Below are positions 13,543-24,366 of a DNA stretch of 64,000 bases, one piece after another; positions within the stretch are counted from its first letter, which is position 1; the number at the start of each line of letters is the position of its first letter. The stretch is from Anthoceros angustus (lineage: Eukaryota; Plantae; Anthocerotophyta): positions 434,001-498,000 of the forward strand of contig VJWM01000144.1 of assembly GCA_010909165.1 (NCBI GenBank), given 5' to 3'. Below the pieces are notes generated by a model. The model did not search any database, was not told the origin of the DNA, and saw only the letters and a list, made by a program, of their open reading frames with translations. Both the position numbers and the translations under genes were made by a program.

Positions 13543-15883
13543 ATGAGGTCGGTCTTGCAGCAGCCGGGCGGAGCTGCGCTTCCTCCCCATCTCTTGAATC
13601 AGGCGATCCTTCCTGCTTCCGGATCGGGGCCATGCGTGGTGGGATTCAGCTGCATGTTATGGAAGCAGCATCTGCAGCGTCGGAATGTTCCTGGAAGCTT
13701 CCTCCTTACCCCAGCGGTGGCAGAGCACGGCATTGCTGCGCCATGGATGGAGGAGGAGGAGGGCTTGAGGGAGCGGTGCGAGGGCTTGGACGGGGGGCTG
13801 AGCGAGGCCGTTGAGGCGTTGGAATCCCTGGTGGATCGAGGATGTCGCGTGGAGGCGGGACTGCTGTTCCGGCTCGTGAAGAGGTGCGTTGCGGAGCGGG
13901 ATCTCGCGGCCGGGAGGCGGGTGCATGCTGCGGCTATGGCGGCCGGGTTCGAAGGGAGTGCGTTCCTCGGAAACCACATCATCGGAATGTACGCCAAGCA
14001 CGGGAGCTGGAGGCGGCGATGGAGGTGTTCGGGAAGGTGCTGGTTCCGAACGCGCATGTCTGGGCGTCCATTATCTTGGCGCATGCTAGGGCGGGCGGGC
14101 GAAGGAGGCCGTCGCGCTCTACAGGCGGATGCGGGAGTCCGGCGCGCGGGCGGATAGCCATGTCTTTGTGGCGGTGCTCAAGGCGTGCGCCATAGCCGGG
14201 GACCTGAGCTCCGGGAAGGAGGTCCACTCCGACCTCCTGGAGAGCGAGAGGAGCGTGAACGGCTTCGTCGGGAACAGCCTGGTGCACATGTACGCCAAGT
14301 GCGGGAGCTTGGAGCTGGCGCGAGACGCGTTTGAGACGCTCGAGACGCGAGACGTGGTTTCTTGGAACGCCATGATTGCAGGGTATGCGCAGGGGGCCCG
14401 GGGCCGGGACGCCCTGTCGCTGTTTTGGAGGATGGAGCGTGAAGACGTGAAGGCGGATGATGTGACGTATGCTTGTGTGCTGAAGGCGTGTGCGGGGGAG
14501 GGGTATCTGGAGCTCGGGCGGGAGGTTCACGCCCGGGTTCGGGAATGTGGGATGGAAGGGGGTGTGGTCGTAGGGAGCGGGCTGGTGGACATGTATGCCA
14601 AGTGCGGGAGCTTGAAGGAGGCGAGGCGGGTGTTCGACGGGTTGGCCGGGCGGAATGTGGTCACATGGAACGCCATGATCGGGGGCTACGCGCAGCAGGG
14701 GCGGGGGAGGGAGGCGATGGAGCTCTATGGGGCCATGAGGCGGGAGATGGCGGGGAAGGCTATGGCGGATCAAGGCACCTTCGTGGCGGTTTTGCAGGCG
14801 TGCGGGAATGTTGGGGCGTTGCAGCAGGGGAGATGGGTGCACGCAGAGGCGGAGCAGCGGGGGATGGAGGGGGATGTGGTTGTGGGGAATTGTTTGGTGG
14901 ACATGTATTGTAAGTGCGGGAGCATGGAGGATGCGCGGCGGGTGTTCCTGAGGCTGGAGAGGAGGGACGTGGTGACGTGGAATGCGCTGCTGACGGGGTA
15001 CGCGGAGCACGGCGATGGCGTCGGAGCGGTGCGGTGTTGGAGGGAGATGCGGGAGGCGGGGTGTGAGCCGAACGGGACTACGTTTTTGTGCCTTCTCGTG
15101 GCGTGCAGTCATGCGGGGATGGTGGTGGAAGGGCGGGAGTTTTTGAGGGAGATGGTGGACGAGCACGGGGTGGAGCCGGGGGATGTGCATTACAACTGCA
15201 TGGTGGATCTGCTGGGGCGGGCGGGGCGGCTGGAGGAGGCGGAAGAGATTCTGCAGGCCAGGAAGTTCGGGAGCTATGTGGTGGGCTGGACGGCTTTGCT
15301 GACCGCGTGTAAGAGCCATGGGGATGCGGTGCGGGGATTGCGGTGTTTCGAGCGGCTGGTGGAGCTTGAGCCGGACAATTCGACTCCGTATGTTCTGCTC
15401 GGGAGCATCTACGCTGGCGCGGGGAGATGGGAGGATGTGGATAGAGTGGAGCGGCTGAGGAGGGCTGCCAGGGCTTGGAAGAAGCCTGCCAAGGCGTGCA
15501 TCGAGGTGGAGAACGAGGTGCACGAGTTTACTGTGGGAGAAGAGAGGTGTGACGTGTCCTCCAAGCTCAGGAGCGTGGGTGCGAGGTTGAAGCAGGAAGG
15601 GGGGCATGTGCCGCAGACAAGCCTGGTGCTCAAGCCTGGGTCTGAGCAGGAGAAGGAAGACGCCCTGTGCGGGCATGCGGAGAAGCTGGCCTTGGCGTAC
15701 GGGCTTCTCAACACTCCGGATGGCACGACATTGCTCGTCACCAAGAATCTTCGCATGTGCGGGGACTGCCACAGTAGCACCAAGGTCATGTCTCGCATTG
15801 AGAAGAGAGAGATCGTCGTCCGAGATGCCCACCGAGTACACCGCTTTGTAGATGGCTCTTGTTCATGTGGTGATCGGCATTGA
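13543..15883 (+). CDS. PLS-class PPR RNA-editing factor with E and DYW:KP (DRH-ending) domain; two apparent frameshifts near 14010 and 14095
   Basis: Repeated P-L-S motifs (LVDMYAKCGSLKEARRVFD..NVVTWNAMIGGYAQ). C-terminus KKPAKACIEV..GHAEKLALAYGL..KNLRMCGDCH..CSCGDRH*. The PPR reading continues upstream of 14129 in shifted frames; the exact start is uncertain. Confidence 0.92.
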
Positions 15884-15959
15884 TATGAGGCTGTGGGGAG
15901 CCTCGTCTCTACAGTGTTTGTGTTGAATTATTCATTCAACACTCCAACGGCAGGTGTGG

Positions 15960-16320
15960 AACCATGCCAGCTACCTCGTGCTTGTGCAAGGTTGGGCACC
16001 CTGGCGTTGGAGAATGGGAAGGAGCTTCGTACTTACATCAGGAAACGGGGCATGAAGCCCCGTGATTGTCGGAGGCAGTTTGGTGGATATGTATGGGCAA
16101 GTGTGGCAACCCGGAAGCTGTTCAGAGCGTATTCGACAGACTTACTAGTGGCCTGGAATGCCATGATGTGAGGGTATTTCCAGCAGGGCATGTGCAAGTG
16201 TGGGTGCCGTGGCATTGGAAAGGGGGAAGGAGCCTGTGCGGCAGCTTGAGTTCGGCCAGAGTGTGTTTGACGCATTCGGGCAGAAAAATGTGGTCACGTG
16301 GATTCCTCCACAGCGTCGCA
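15960..16320 (+). pseudogene. Degenerate PPR fragment
   Basis: RACARLGTLALENGKELRTYI, VAWNAMM and QSVFDAFGQKNVVTW in broken frames. Confidence 0.65.
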
Positions 16321-16830
16321 GGCATAAAATATCACACGGCAACGACAATTGTGGAACCATGGTATCGCGCACGGCCCCATGTAAGTTACCCGATCATGCC
16401 CACAAGCCCACATTCCATGTTTTCACCGCTAAGCTGTTCTCTGCTTTGCCCATGTGCAGAACCTTCAAATTCTTCAGGTGCCCTCCTGTCTCTACGGACG
16501 GACACAGTAGCTCAAACCAAGTATGTAAGAAGGTAGGCAAACCCTGCTAAGGAGGTGGCCCTGCCGGCTTAGCAGGAGATGAATAATGTGCCGGTACAGA
16601 TTTGTATGGGCCACCTCCTTCCTGCCACCATCTCACAATACCCAGCGTTGAAATATTTGTAATAATCTATATTATAGAATGTTTATTAAGTCAATAATCG
16701 AGACAAATATCTCTGATAGACATTGGTATGCAGGAGGATGCACCTCATATCTTGTGTCTGCTTCCTTCCCTTTCTCCGAAGCAACAATGTGGAGTGAAGT
16801 TCATCCCATGTGAACAAGAAGGGAGTCAAG

Positions 16831-17826
16831 TTAAGGTTGGAAACGGACGTCCATGGTGTCGTAGTTCAACACACCAAATGCGGCCGCATTTCCATAGTCG
16901 TCGTAACCGGCTTGTGCCAACATGAGGTCGAGGCCGACTCCGCATTCGGTGTTGGCCTCGAGTGTGTAGACAGAGCCGTCATCCTGGGCACCTGCAACAG
17001 ACGAAGGCGATCGAGCAGGTGACAGATTTAGTACAACTTGTGGGATGTATACGCCATGCAGGCGAGCAAGAGATAGTGGAGGGAAGAGATGGATTCACCT
17101 GATCCGTGGTCGTTCCACACGGCGCCTGTGGATGTGGCTGGCGCAGCAAGATCTGCACGCAGCGTCACCAACATGTCCACCTCCAGTTCCGGCGGAGGTT
17201 GATCGGCCCAGACATGGTCACAGTCCGTCTGACGAAAGATACAGCCTAAGGCGATGTAGCCCGAGGGCGCCTGGGGGCACCACAGTCCATACACCCTGGT
17301 ACGGTCCCTGCACCTCTGGAGGCCCCAAATTCGGTTCCAGCCCACTGGTTTGGCGATGGGCGACCCTGGGGCGTGGATGTCGCCGTAGAATTCCACCTTG
17401 TAGGCTGTCTTGGGGACATCGTTGCTGCTGCAAGCCAGTATACACATGAACACTGCCACAACATTATTTTCGTTCATGGATCGTAGTTTGTCGAATTCGA
17501 GCTTCTCCCTGCATGCCGATTCGCAACACTGCAGTCCGTTTAAAGCAACGTTCAAGGATCAATGGATCTTACTCGGAGGTCTCCACAGCTGAATGTCCAA
17601 ACCAGTAGCCGTGCTTGGGCTTGAAGACCGACAGATTCCTTCTCGCCCCAGAACCCCCGTCGCTCTTAGAAAACTCCATGTGCAGCGCGACTTTGGACCT
17701 GTACACGGTGACCTTTAGCCCTCCAGCTGGACCTTGGAAGCCGGCGCAATCGGAGAGCGCCGGGCTGGCCAGCATCAGCATCTGAGCCAGTCCAACCAAC
17801 ACCACCAGGCACTTGCTGACAGCCAT
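16831..17826 (-). CDS. Secreted Vps62/DUF946 (beta-tripod)-like protein, 3 exons (17826-17573, ~17427-17099, 16991-16831)
   Basis: Hydrophobic signal peptide MAVSKCLVVLVGLAQMLMLASPALS. Motifs DGGSGARRNLSVFKP, KPVGWNRIW, WCPQAPSGYIALGC and VWNDHGSGAQDDGSVY. GT-AG introns join in frame. Confidence 0.72.
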
Positions 17827-18989
17827 GTGGCCTGGAATCGGATCAAGTCCAATTCCAATTCGAACTGACCCAACAGGCGCAGAAGCGTCGCTTCAGAAAT
17901 GCTCGATAGCAAGAAAGGAGTCGACCTTTGCTGGCTTGCTGAACACCCTCTCCGGAGACCGTTGTATAGCCACCATGGCCAGGACTGCTGTGGGTTGCCC
18001 ATTTCTGGGCAGTCAGACCGCGAACCATCTCGAGATGCCTGAAGCATTTTCACCCTCTTTGACAAAGAGAAACGCGCTTGACTCCTCGATGGACTCCAGA
18101 CCTTAGACCCTACAAATCTACAAACGGAATCAACGACCACTTACTTTGTATATTCCCTAGCAAACTTATTATACGTGTGAAGAAACAAGTCGATATGGGA
18201 CTCGTGCTTCAAAACTTCTACCATGGTGTGTCTAAGCTACTTGCACCAAGGGCATCCACTCCCACTAGGCCCACCATCTTAAGACAACGTAAGGTATCTG
18301 ACTTGCCACGATCATCCCCGGATTGCACCGTCGTGAGCAGGTTGGCTATGGAGTCGTGAATGCTATGAAGAGGATGTTGTCGAGACCATGGAAGTCCTAC
18401 ACCTGCATCAGTTTGCTCACATCTAGATTGTTCTCAGAAAGATAGTGAAGATGATCGCATGAGGTGCTTCCTTTGCCTGCCAATACTTTTGGGTGTGCCC
18501 CATGGGCCACTCTTTTGCCCCCATAGATCCACAGCTTCAAGAGTTGTGACTACTTGCTTCCACGCCTATGAAATGCATCAAATGCTTCATCATCAAGCTT
18601 GGCAAGGGCAGAAAGGAATTTGGGCTATATATTGTGGAATGTATGATTGATTCATCCCTTAGGCTATGACACACCTGCCTAGCTCACGGCTTTAGTAAAC
18701 ACCAAGGCAATCCGCAGGTATAAACCAGGGTAGGCTTTCGTCACAAGGAATGTGGGGTTGTATGACTGACTCACCACACATGCTGAACAAGGATGGAGTG
18801 TCTTTCTAAGTGCCATTGACACTTTAACTTCAAATAATGGGAAATAATAGTTCACATTCTTCTTGTCTATATAGTGACATTATTGGTAATATATAATGTC
18901 ACAAGTAGATTAATGGGCAGTTTTGACCCGATACATACTTTCAATATGTATGCATCGAGTTCACTTGAGTTCTAGAGCATAATATGCTC

Positions 18990-20594
18990 CTGTGTCTGTG
19001 TAGAAAGGGGTTTCTCCTGAAACTTCTTTTTGCACACGGACGTGGCCGGATCCCTTTTTGCAATTGAAAAAATCCGCACTATAATCAGTCTTTTTGGTAT
19101 TTCTCTGCAGACATGTCACCCGCAACCTTTTGAATAATTGTTTTGATACACGTTATTTGAGATTGTAGATTGCAAGTACGTGGCAAAAACCTAAAGTCTC
19201 ATTCTCGTTTGGCTTTTTCTTTCAAACTGGATACAGAATTCGTGCGCAAACTTGTGCGCGCACTTACATCTAAACTGTCTCCAACAGCTGGTAATCATTG
19301 CCATGTGTTGGACATATACAAACGTTTAGAGTTTTTAGGGCTTGCTATAATTCTGGTGTGCAAACTTGTTTGCGCACCAACCTTTCATTCAAACCAGTCA
19401 ATCCTAAGACTATACTCTCGCTCTGGGAATTTTACAGGGCTTTGTTTCTTAGACATTGGGACAATAATATCTTCGTTGACCTGATGCCCTTGATCTGCGT
19501 GCAGTGCGAGAATGAGAGTGGCATGGTCTGTACTAGGAGCTGGGCCCACGCCAAACGTCTCAAGATTCAAAAGATGCAAAAGGTTCTCACTACTAGTTCA
19601 AAGTTTTAACCACTAGAAAAAAGATGAGGGCTAAGTAAAGATAAGAACATATCCACATTAGGGAGGTGCACAAAAAATATTGAAAACATGGAAAGGAACC
19701 CTTTAAAACAACAAAAATATCAAAAAAATACAAATAAATTCACAAAAATATCAAAATTTTAAGGCAAGTGCGCGCACTTGCCTAAAAAAATTGGATTTTT
19801 TTGGGATTTTTTGCTCTTTTTTTCTTTGGATGAACGGTCTGGGAATGCACTAGGAGGCATGAACCATATGGGTTCATGCTCCTAGGCCCTTCTTGACCTT
19901 GGGTGCGCGCATTTGTGCGCGTACCGGGGCCTCCTTGCCCCCTGGTGCACGCACTTGTTCATCCAGCTGGCCCCCCCTGGCATGTTTGATGGTAACCCGG
20001 TACGAAGTCACCACTGAAAGAGACGGAAACACTGTAAAGGATAAAAAGGGGATAGGGTGTTCTTCGTTGCATTATGGCATAGGATAGATATATGAGAGCG
20101 GTCTAGGTGAACGTCCGCCGATGTCTGCTACTTGTTATTTTGTCGGGAGTTCCGGCACATCCTCAAACCTCCAAAAGGACATGTTTCCCCATTAGAAGAT
20201 CATTTTTCGCATTCTTTTTGCACAGTACGCGCACAAGTTTGCGCATAGCGTTGTTTAGGCGCGCACTTATGCGGCCTAGGCCCCCCTTGGTATACAAAAA
20301 CATACAAAACCACACAAAATGCAGAAACTACGGACATGACGAAATTATGGAACAATGAGGTCACTGGCCCTTCATTACACCGACTAAATCACCATGAACA
20401 TGAGTACAAGGCGCCAGCGTGATGTAAATGACTCGACAGAAAGTGGTGCCAGAGCCGAGAATGCCCGAAACCGATGGATAAACACCTCTAAAAACCAACA
20501 AAAACCAAACCAACTTCAGTTTCTGGCGAAATAGAGTTGGGATTTTTTCCAAAACCCCTTTTGACAGGAGAAACCCCTTTCTACATAGATGCTG
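18990..20594. mobile_element. Non-autonomous TIR DNA transposon (hAT-like termini), ~1.6 kb
   Basis: 30-bp imperfect TIRs: ctgtgtctgtgtagaaaggggtttctcctg (18990-19019) and caggagaaacccctttctacatagatgctg (20565-20594). Internal gtgcgc/gcgcac motifs, no transposase and no matching TSD. Confidence 0.7.
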
Positions 20595-20596
20595 TT

Positions 20597-21095
20597 AATT
20601 AATTATAATTTGCTTTACCCAGAGTAGGATACCCACAATATTTTCCATGAAGTAGGGCTCTTATATACGATAGGCATAGACCACAATCAATTGGATCAAA
20701 AACACTATTATTTTCAACATACTTCTTTCTATGAAGGCCTTTGCAATCCACATATCCCTCAAACTCGTTTGTATTAATGGTCACACTTTTGGGAAACAAT
20801 TGGTATGCACTATCAACCAAACTTTTTGTTTGCTTTTGTAGATGAAGTAATTTGGGAGGTCTTATAATTTATCGGGCACATTGACGTAATAAGTAGGCTC
20901 AAACCAGATAAAAAAGCTATCTTCATCAAAGGGACTTCTCCACTGTGCTTTTTTCCGTCTAAGTGGTTTATGATAGACTTCTCCTTCTTCTTCTACCAGA
21001 CACAAATAACTGTACCAAGACAAGTGAACCAGCAGGTGCTCTTCCCAGGAAATCAGAATACAAAGTAAATAATATAAATAATTAATATTGCTCAT
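20597..21095 (-). pseudogene. Disrupted Gnk2/DUF26-like secreted protein paralog
   Basis: LHLQKQTKSLVDSAYQLFPKSVTINTNEFEGYVDCKGL..DCGLCLSYIRALLHGKYCG is closely similar to the 21268 ORF. It is frameshifted and ends at the TIR element. Confidence 0.8.
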
Positions 21096-21267
21096 TGTTA
21101 CATATCTTCCAACTTTTTTAGTTTTATATTTCTTTTAAAGCTTATAGAATTTTAAGAATCTTAAATTATAAAAAATAGTACATAAATAATAAGTTTATAA
21201 GGTGATACTAAAGTTCTTCTTAAGTTATGATACATAATGATACATATTTCTTGTTACATGCTAGTTT

Positions 21268-21876
21268 ATGACCTTGGATATTGATATAATGACACTTGCT
21301 AGTGAAAAGATGAGAAATTCAAGAAAGTATTTGTATGTCTTTAGTTTACTTTTATTAACAATCAATCACATATATTCTCAACCAATGAATCACAATCCAA
21401 TAGCCGATCCGACACTTGGAAAAAACTACTTATTACATGAATGTGGCGGACAAATTATCAGAGCGCCCACTATAGTTCATCTACAAGAGCAAACAAAAAG
21501 TTTGGCTGATAGTGCATTCAATTTTTTCCCTAAAAGTGTGATCATTAATACAAATGAGTTCGTGGGATATGCAGATTGCGAAGGCCTTTATAGAAAGAAG
21601 TACATTCAAAGTAATAGTTTTTTTGGTCCAACTGATTGTGTCCTATGCCTAGCCTATATAAGAGCCATACTTCATGCAAATTATTGTGGTAATCGCATGG
21701 CCCAAAGGAATGGGGATAATCGAATAAGTCAAGGAGATTATAATTATGCTATAGGAAAATATGCTTCAACTGATTGTGTGATGACTTATAGCTACTTCCC
21801 CAATAAGGACCATGACCCAAATGTTTGTCCAGTACCATGGCCAGATCCTCAAATATATCCTCCTGTTATATTGTGA
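21268..21876 (+). CDS. Secreted cysteine-rich Gnk2/DUF26-like protein (probable start 21310)
   Basis: Intronless, with a signal peptide and the pattern C...GYADC-x19-CxxC..YCG..IGKYASTDCVMTY..CPVPWP. Two intact paralogs lie nearby. Confidence 0.8.
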   Translation: MTLDIDIMTLASEKMRNSRKYLYVFSLLLLTINHIYSQPMNHNPIADPTLGKNYLLHECGGQIIRAPTIVHLQEQTKSLADSAFNFFPKSVIINTNEFVGYADCEGLYRKKYIQSNSFFGPTDCVLCLAYIRAILHANYCGNRMAQRNGDNRISQGDYNYAIGKYASTDCVMTYSYFPNKDHDPNVCPVPWPDPQIYPPVIL

Positions 21877-22170
21877 TAGAAAACTTACTTCCGCCTTTAG
21901 AAGAGAAACTGCACCTTGTTCCGCAAATATTGGGAGTGTATCAAATATTCTAGATCTATATGACTATATTTTTTGTTTTATTTGTGGAGCATAAATTTTC
22001 ATAGTCTTTTGAATTGCGAAAAAGGTAACCAAACTTTACGTGCCAATCATTCTACACTCAGTTTTAACACTTCCATGGACAATAATCTGCGGAGGATTGC
22101 TATAGTTACTAGAGTCAAATACATAGTTCACTACTTTTGAGATGTACTTATAAACTTATTTATGTGTTTC

Positions 22171-22746
22171 TCAAATGGGATATACATTAGGATCGGGCCA
22201 AGGTACCGGACAGTTGTCTACTTCATTATCGTTGTTTGGAAAATATTCATAAGTCATCACACAATCCGTTGAAGCATATTTCCCGATAGAGTAATTAAAC
22301 CCCACAAACAATTTAATTGGGGTAAAGTGTGCTGGAACAAGCCGGTCACCACAATATTTTGCATGAAGTTGGATTCTCACATATGCTAAGCATAATGCAC
22401 AATCAACCTTAGCAAAATCTTGGTTTACATTATTCTTGTAATATTTCTCAAAAAGCCCTCTACAATCCGCTGTCCCCATAAACTTTGACGTCTGAACAAT
22501 AACAGGGTTGGGAGATACTTTTGAAGCAGCGTTGACCAGTTCTCTTGTATAGGCTTGTAAATTGATCAAGTGTTCTGATGTAATGAATTCGTTGTTGCAA
22601 TAATGTGACAAGTAGGTCTTTCCAAGTGTCGGGTTTACTGGACTTGCACGACTTAAATAATCTTGACAATTTACATGATTTAGAAGTAATATAAGTACAT
22701 TAAAGACATAAATCAAACAACCCTTTGATTGCCGCATGTTTGACAT
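22171..22746 (-). CDS. Secreted cysteine-rich Gnk2/DUF26-like protein
   Basis: Signal peptide; YLSHYCNN..GTADC-x20-CALC..KYCG..SIGKYASTDCVMTYEY..CPVPWP. Confidence 0.8.
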   Translation of the reverse strand: MSNMRQSKGCLIYVFNVLILLLNHVNCQDYLSRASPVNPTLGKTYLSHYCNNEFITSEHLINLQAYTRELVNAASKVSPNPVIVQTSKFMGTADCRGLFEKYYKNNVNQDFAKVDCALCLAYVRIQLHAKYCGDRLVPAHFTPIKLFVGFNYSIGKYASTDCVMTYEYFPNNDNEVDNCPVPWPDPNVYPI

Positions 22747-23778
22747 GCACTAGCAGCACATGAAAACTTCTCTTTCAACCTTGCGGAAAAGAAGACTTTA
22801 TTATAAAAAAGAGATGCGAAAAACCCATCCACCCCAAAAACCTTGTAGAATGTTGAATCAATATCACAATAAATAAATAAGTTTATCCAATTTATATGAT
22901 ATTAATACATATATATATATATATAAAATTCAAGCTAGGAGAGAAAATACCCCTCGTGCTGAAGAAGATATCTTGACATTAAATGTTTAAGCTCCATAAG
23001 AATCTCCATTTTTATGATAAGATTTTGAGAGTATTTATATGGAATTTAATAACTACATATAAGAATAAAAAAATACTTTTCATCGAATTGATGTGATCAA
23101 AATATACTCTTTCCATAATTTGATACAAGAATCATTGTATATTTTTAAGTCCCTTATGAGTAGGTATGATTGGCCATTTTAACATGGTAACCCCATAACG
23201 ACCTACCACTAGGTTTGAATATCGAAGTTTTTTTTGAGATTTATATAAATTATGAGACAACGATAAAAACTCCTGCTATGGGTACACCGTACAAGAAAAG
23301 GTCCCTTTTAGACAGTAGAAAGATGGCCTACAAGGGTCCATATGGTCTACAAAACAAGACATAATAACAGCTTGGGAATGAAATTCAAACATTTACAAAA
23401 GGCATATAACACAGCAAGAGGACAATTAATTTCCAACTCATGTAACCTACATTTTCTATTGTATTGGATGATCTAGGTTCCGAGTACCAACTCGATAAAG
23501 ATCACATCCCAATAAAGATTACATAAGTCGAATATCTCTTGATGCCTTTGGTTCACGATTTGATACAATTTAAAGCTTGGTACACACAACAAGAAGACAA
23601 GCAATTTCCTCCGCATGTAGCATACTTGATGATGACCTAGGATCCAGGTTGCAATAGCCGGAAATAAAATGCAATGGTAAAAAATCTTATGTATCCGATA
23701 AGCTTATATACTTTATGTTTATATGGAAAATACATATAGGGCAATGTCTTGAGGATAATAGAAGCTCATATGCTATGT

Positions 23779-24366
23779 TCAAATGCGTTGATATTGGACT
23801 GGATATATGTCGCGACTAGGCCAAGGTGCCACACACATTGCACCGACATTATCCTTTTTTGGAAAATATTGATAAGTCAACACACAATCGGTTGAAGCAT
23901 ATTTTCCTATAGAATAATTATATCCATAAAACTGTTTGGTTCGTTCATTCTCAAATAGTACTAGACGGTCGCCACAGTATTCTCTATGAAGTAGGACCCT
24001 TATATGTGCTAAGCATATTGCACAATCTATCTTCGCAAAAATATTTTGTTCATCATCCTTGTAGTACTTGTGATAAAGTCCTTCACAATCTGCCGTGCCA
24101 AAAAAGTCTTGAGTGTTAATAACAAGAGGTTGGGGAAATGCTCCTGAGGCTTGGTTAACCATTTGTTTAGTGTACAATTGTAAATTCAACATATCCACCA
24201 GTTCAATACGTTCAGCACTACAAAAATGTAACAAATAGGTCTTTCCAAGAGTTGGATTCACTTCCATTCCATAAACTTGAACTTGATGGTCGACTACATG
24301 ATTTGACAATAGGAATAATGTTGCACAGAGAAAAATAAAATTTAACCAATTTATTGATGTTCGCAT
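23779..24366 (-). CDS. Secreted cysteine-rich Gnk2/DUF26-like protein
   Basis: Signal peptide; YLLHFCS..GTADC-x20-CAIC..EYCG..SIGKYASTDCVLTYQY..CVAPWP. Confidence 0.8.
   Translation of the reverse strand: MRTSINWLNFIFLCATLFLLSNHVVDHQVQVYGMEVNPTLGKTYLLHFCSAERIELVDMLNLQLYTKQMVNQASGAFPQPLVINTQDFFGTADCEGLYHKYYKDDEQNIFAKIDCAICLAHIRVLLHREYCGDRLVLFENERTKQFYGYNYSIGKYASTDCVLTYQYFPKKDNVGAMCVAPWPSRDIYPVQYQRI

Noticed and set aside
13979-15841. 620-aa minus-strand ORF
   Set aside because: Antisense shadow of the GC-rich PPR-DYW gene; H/P/L-biased with no domain.
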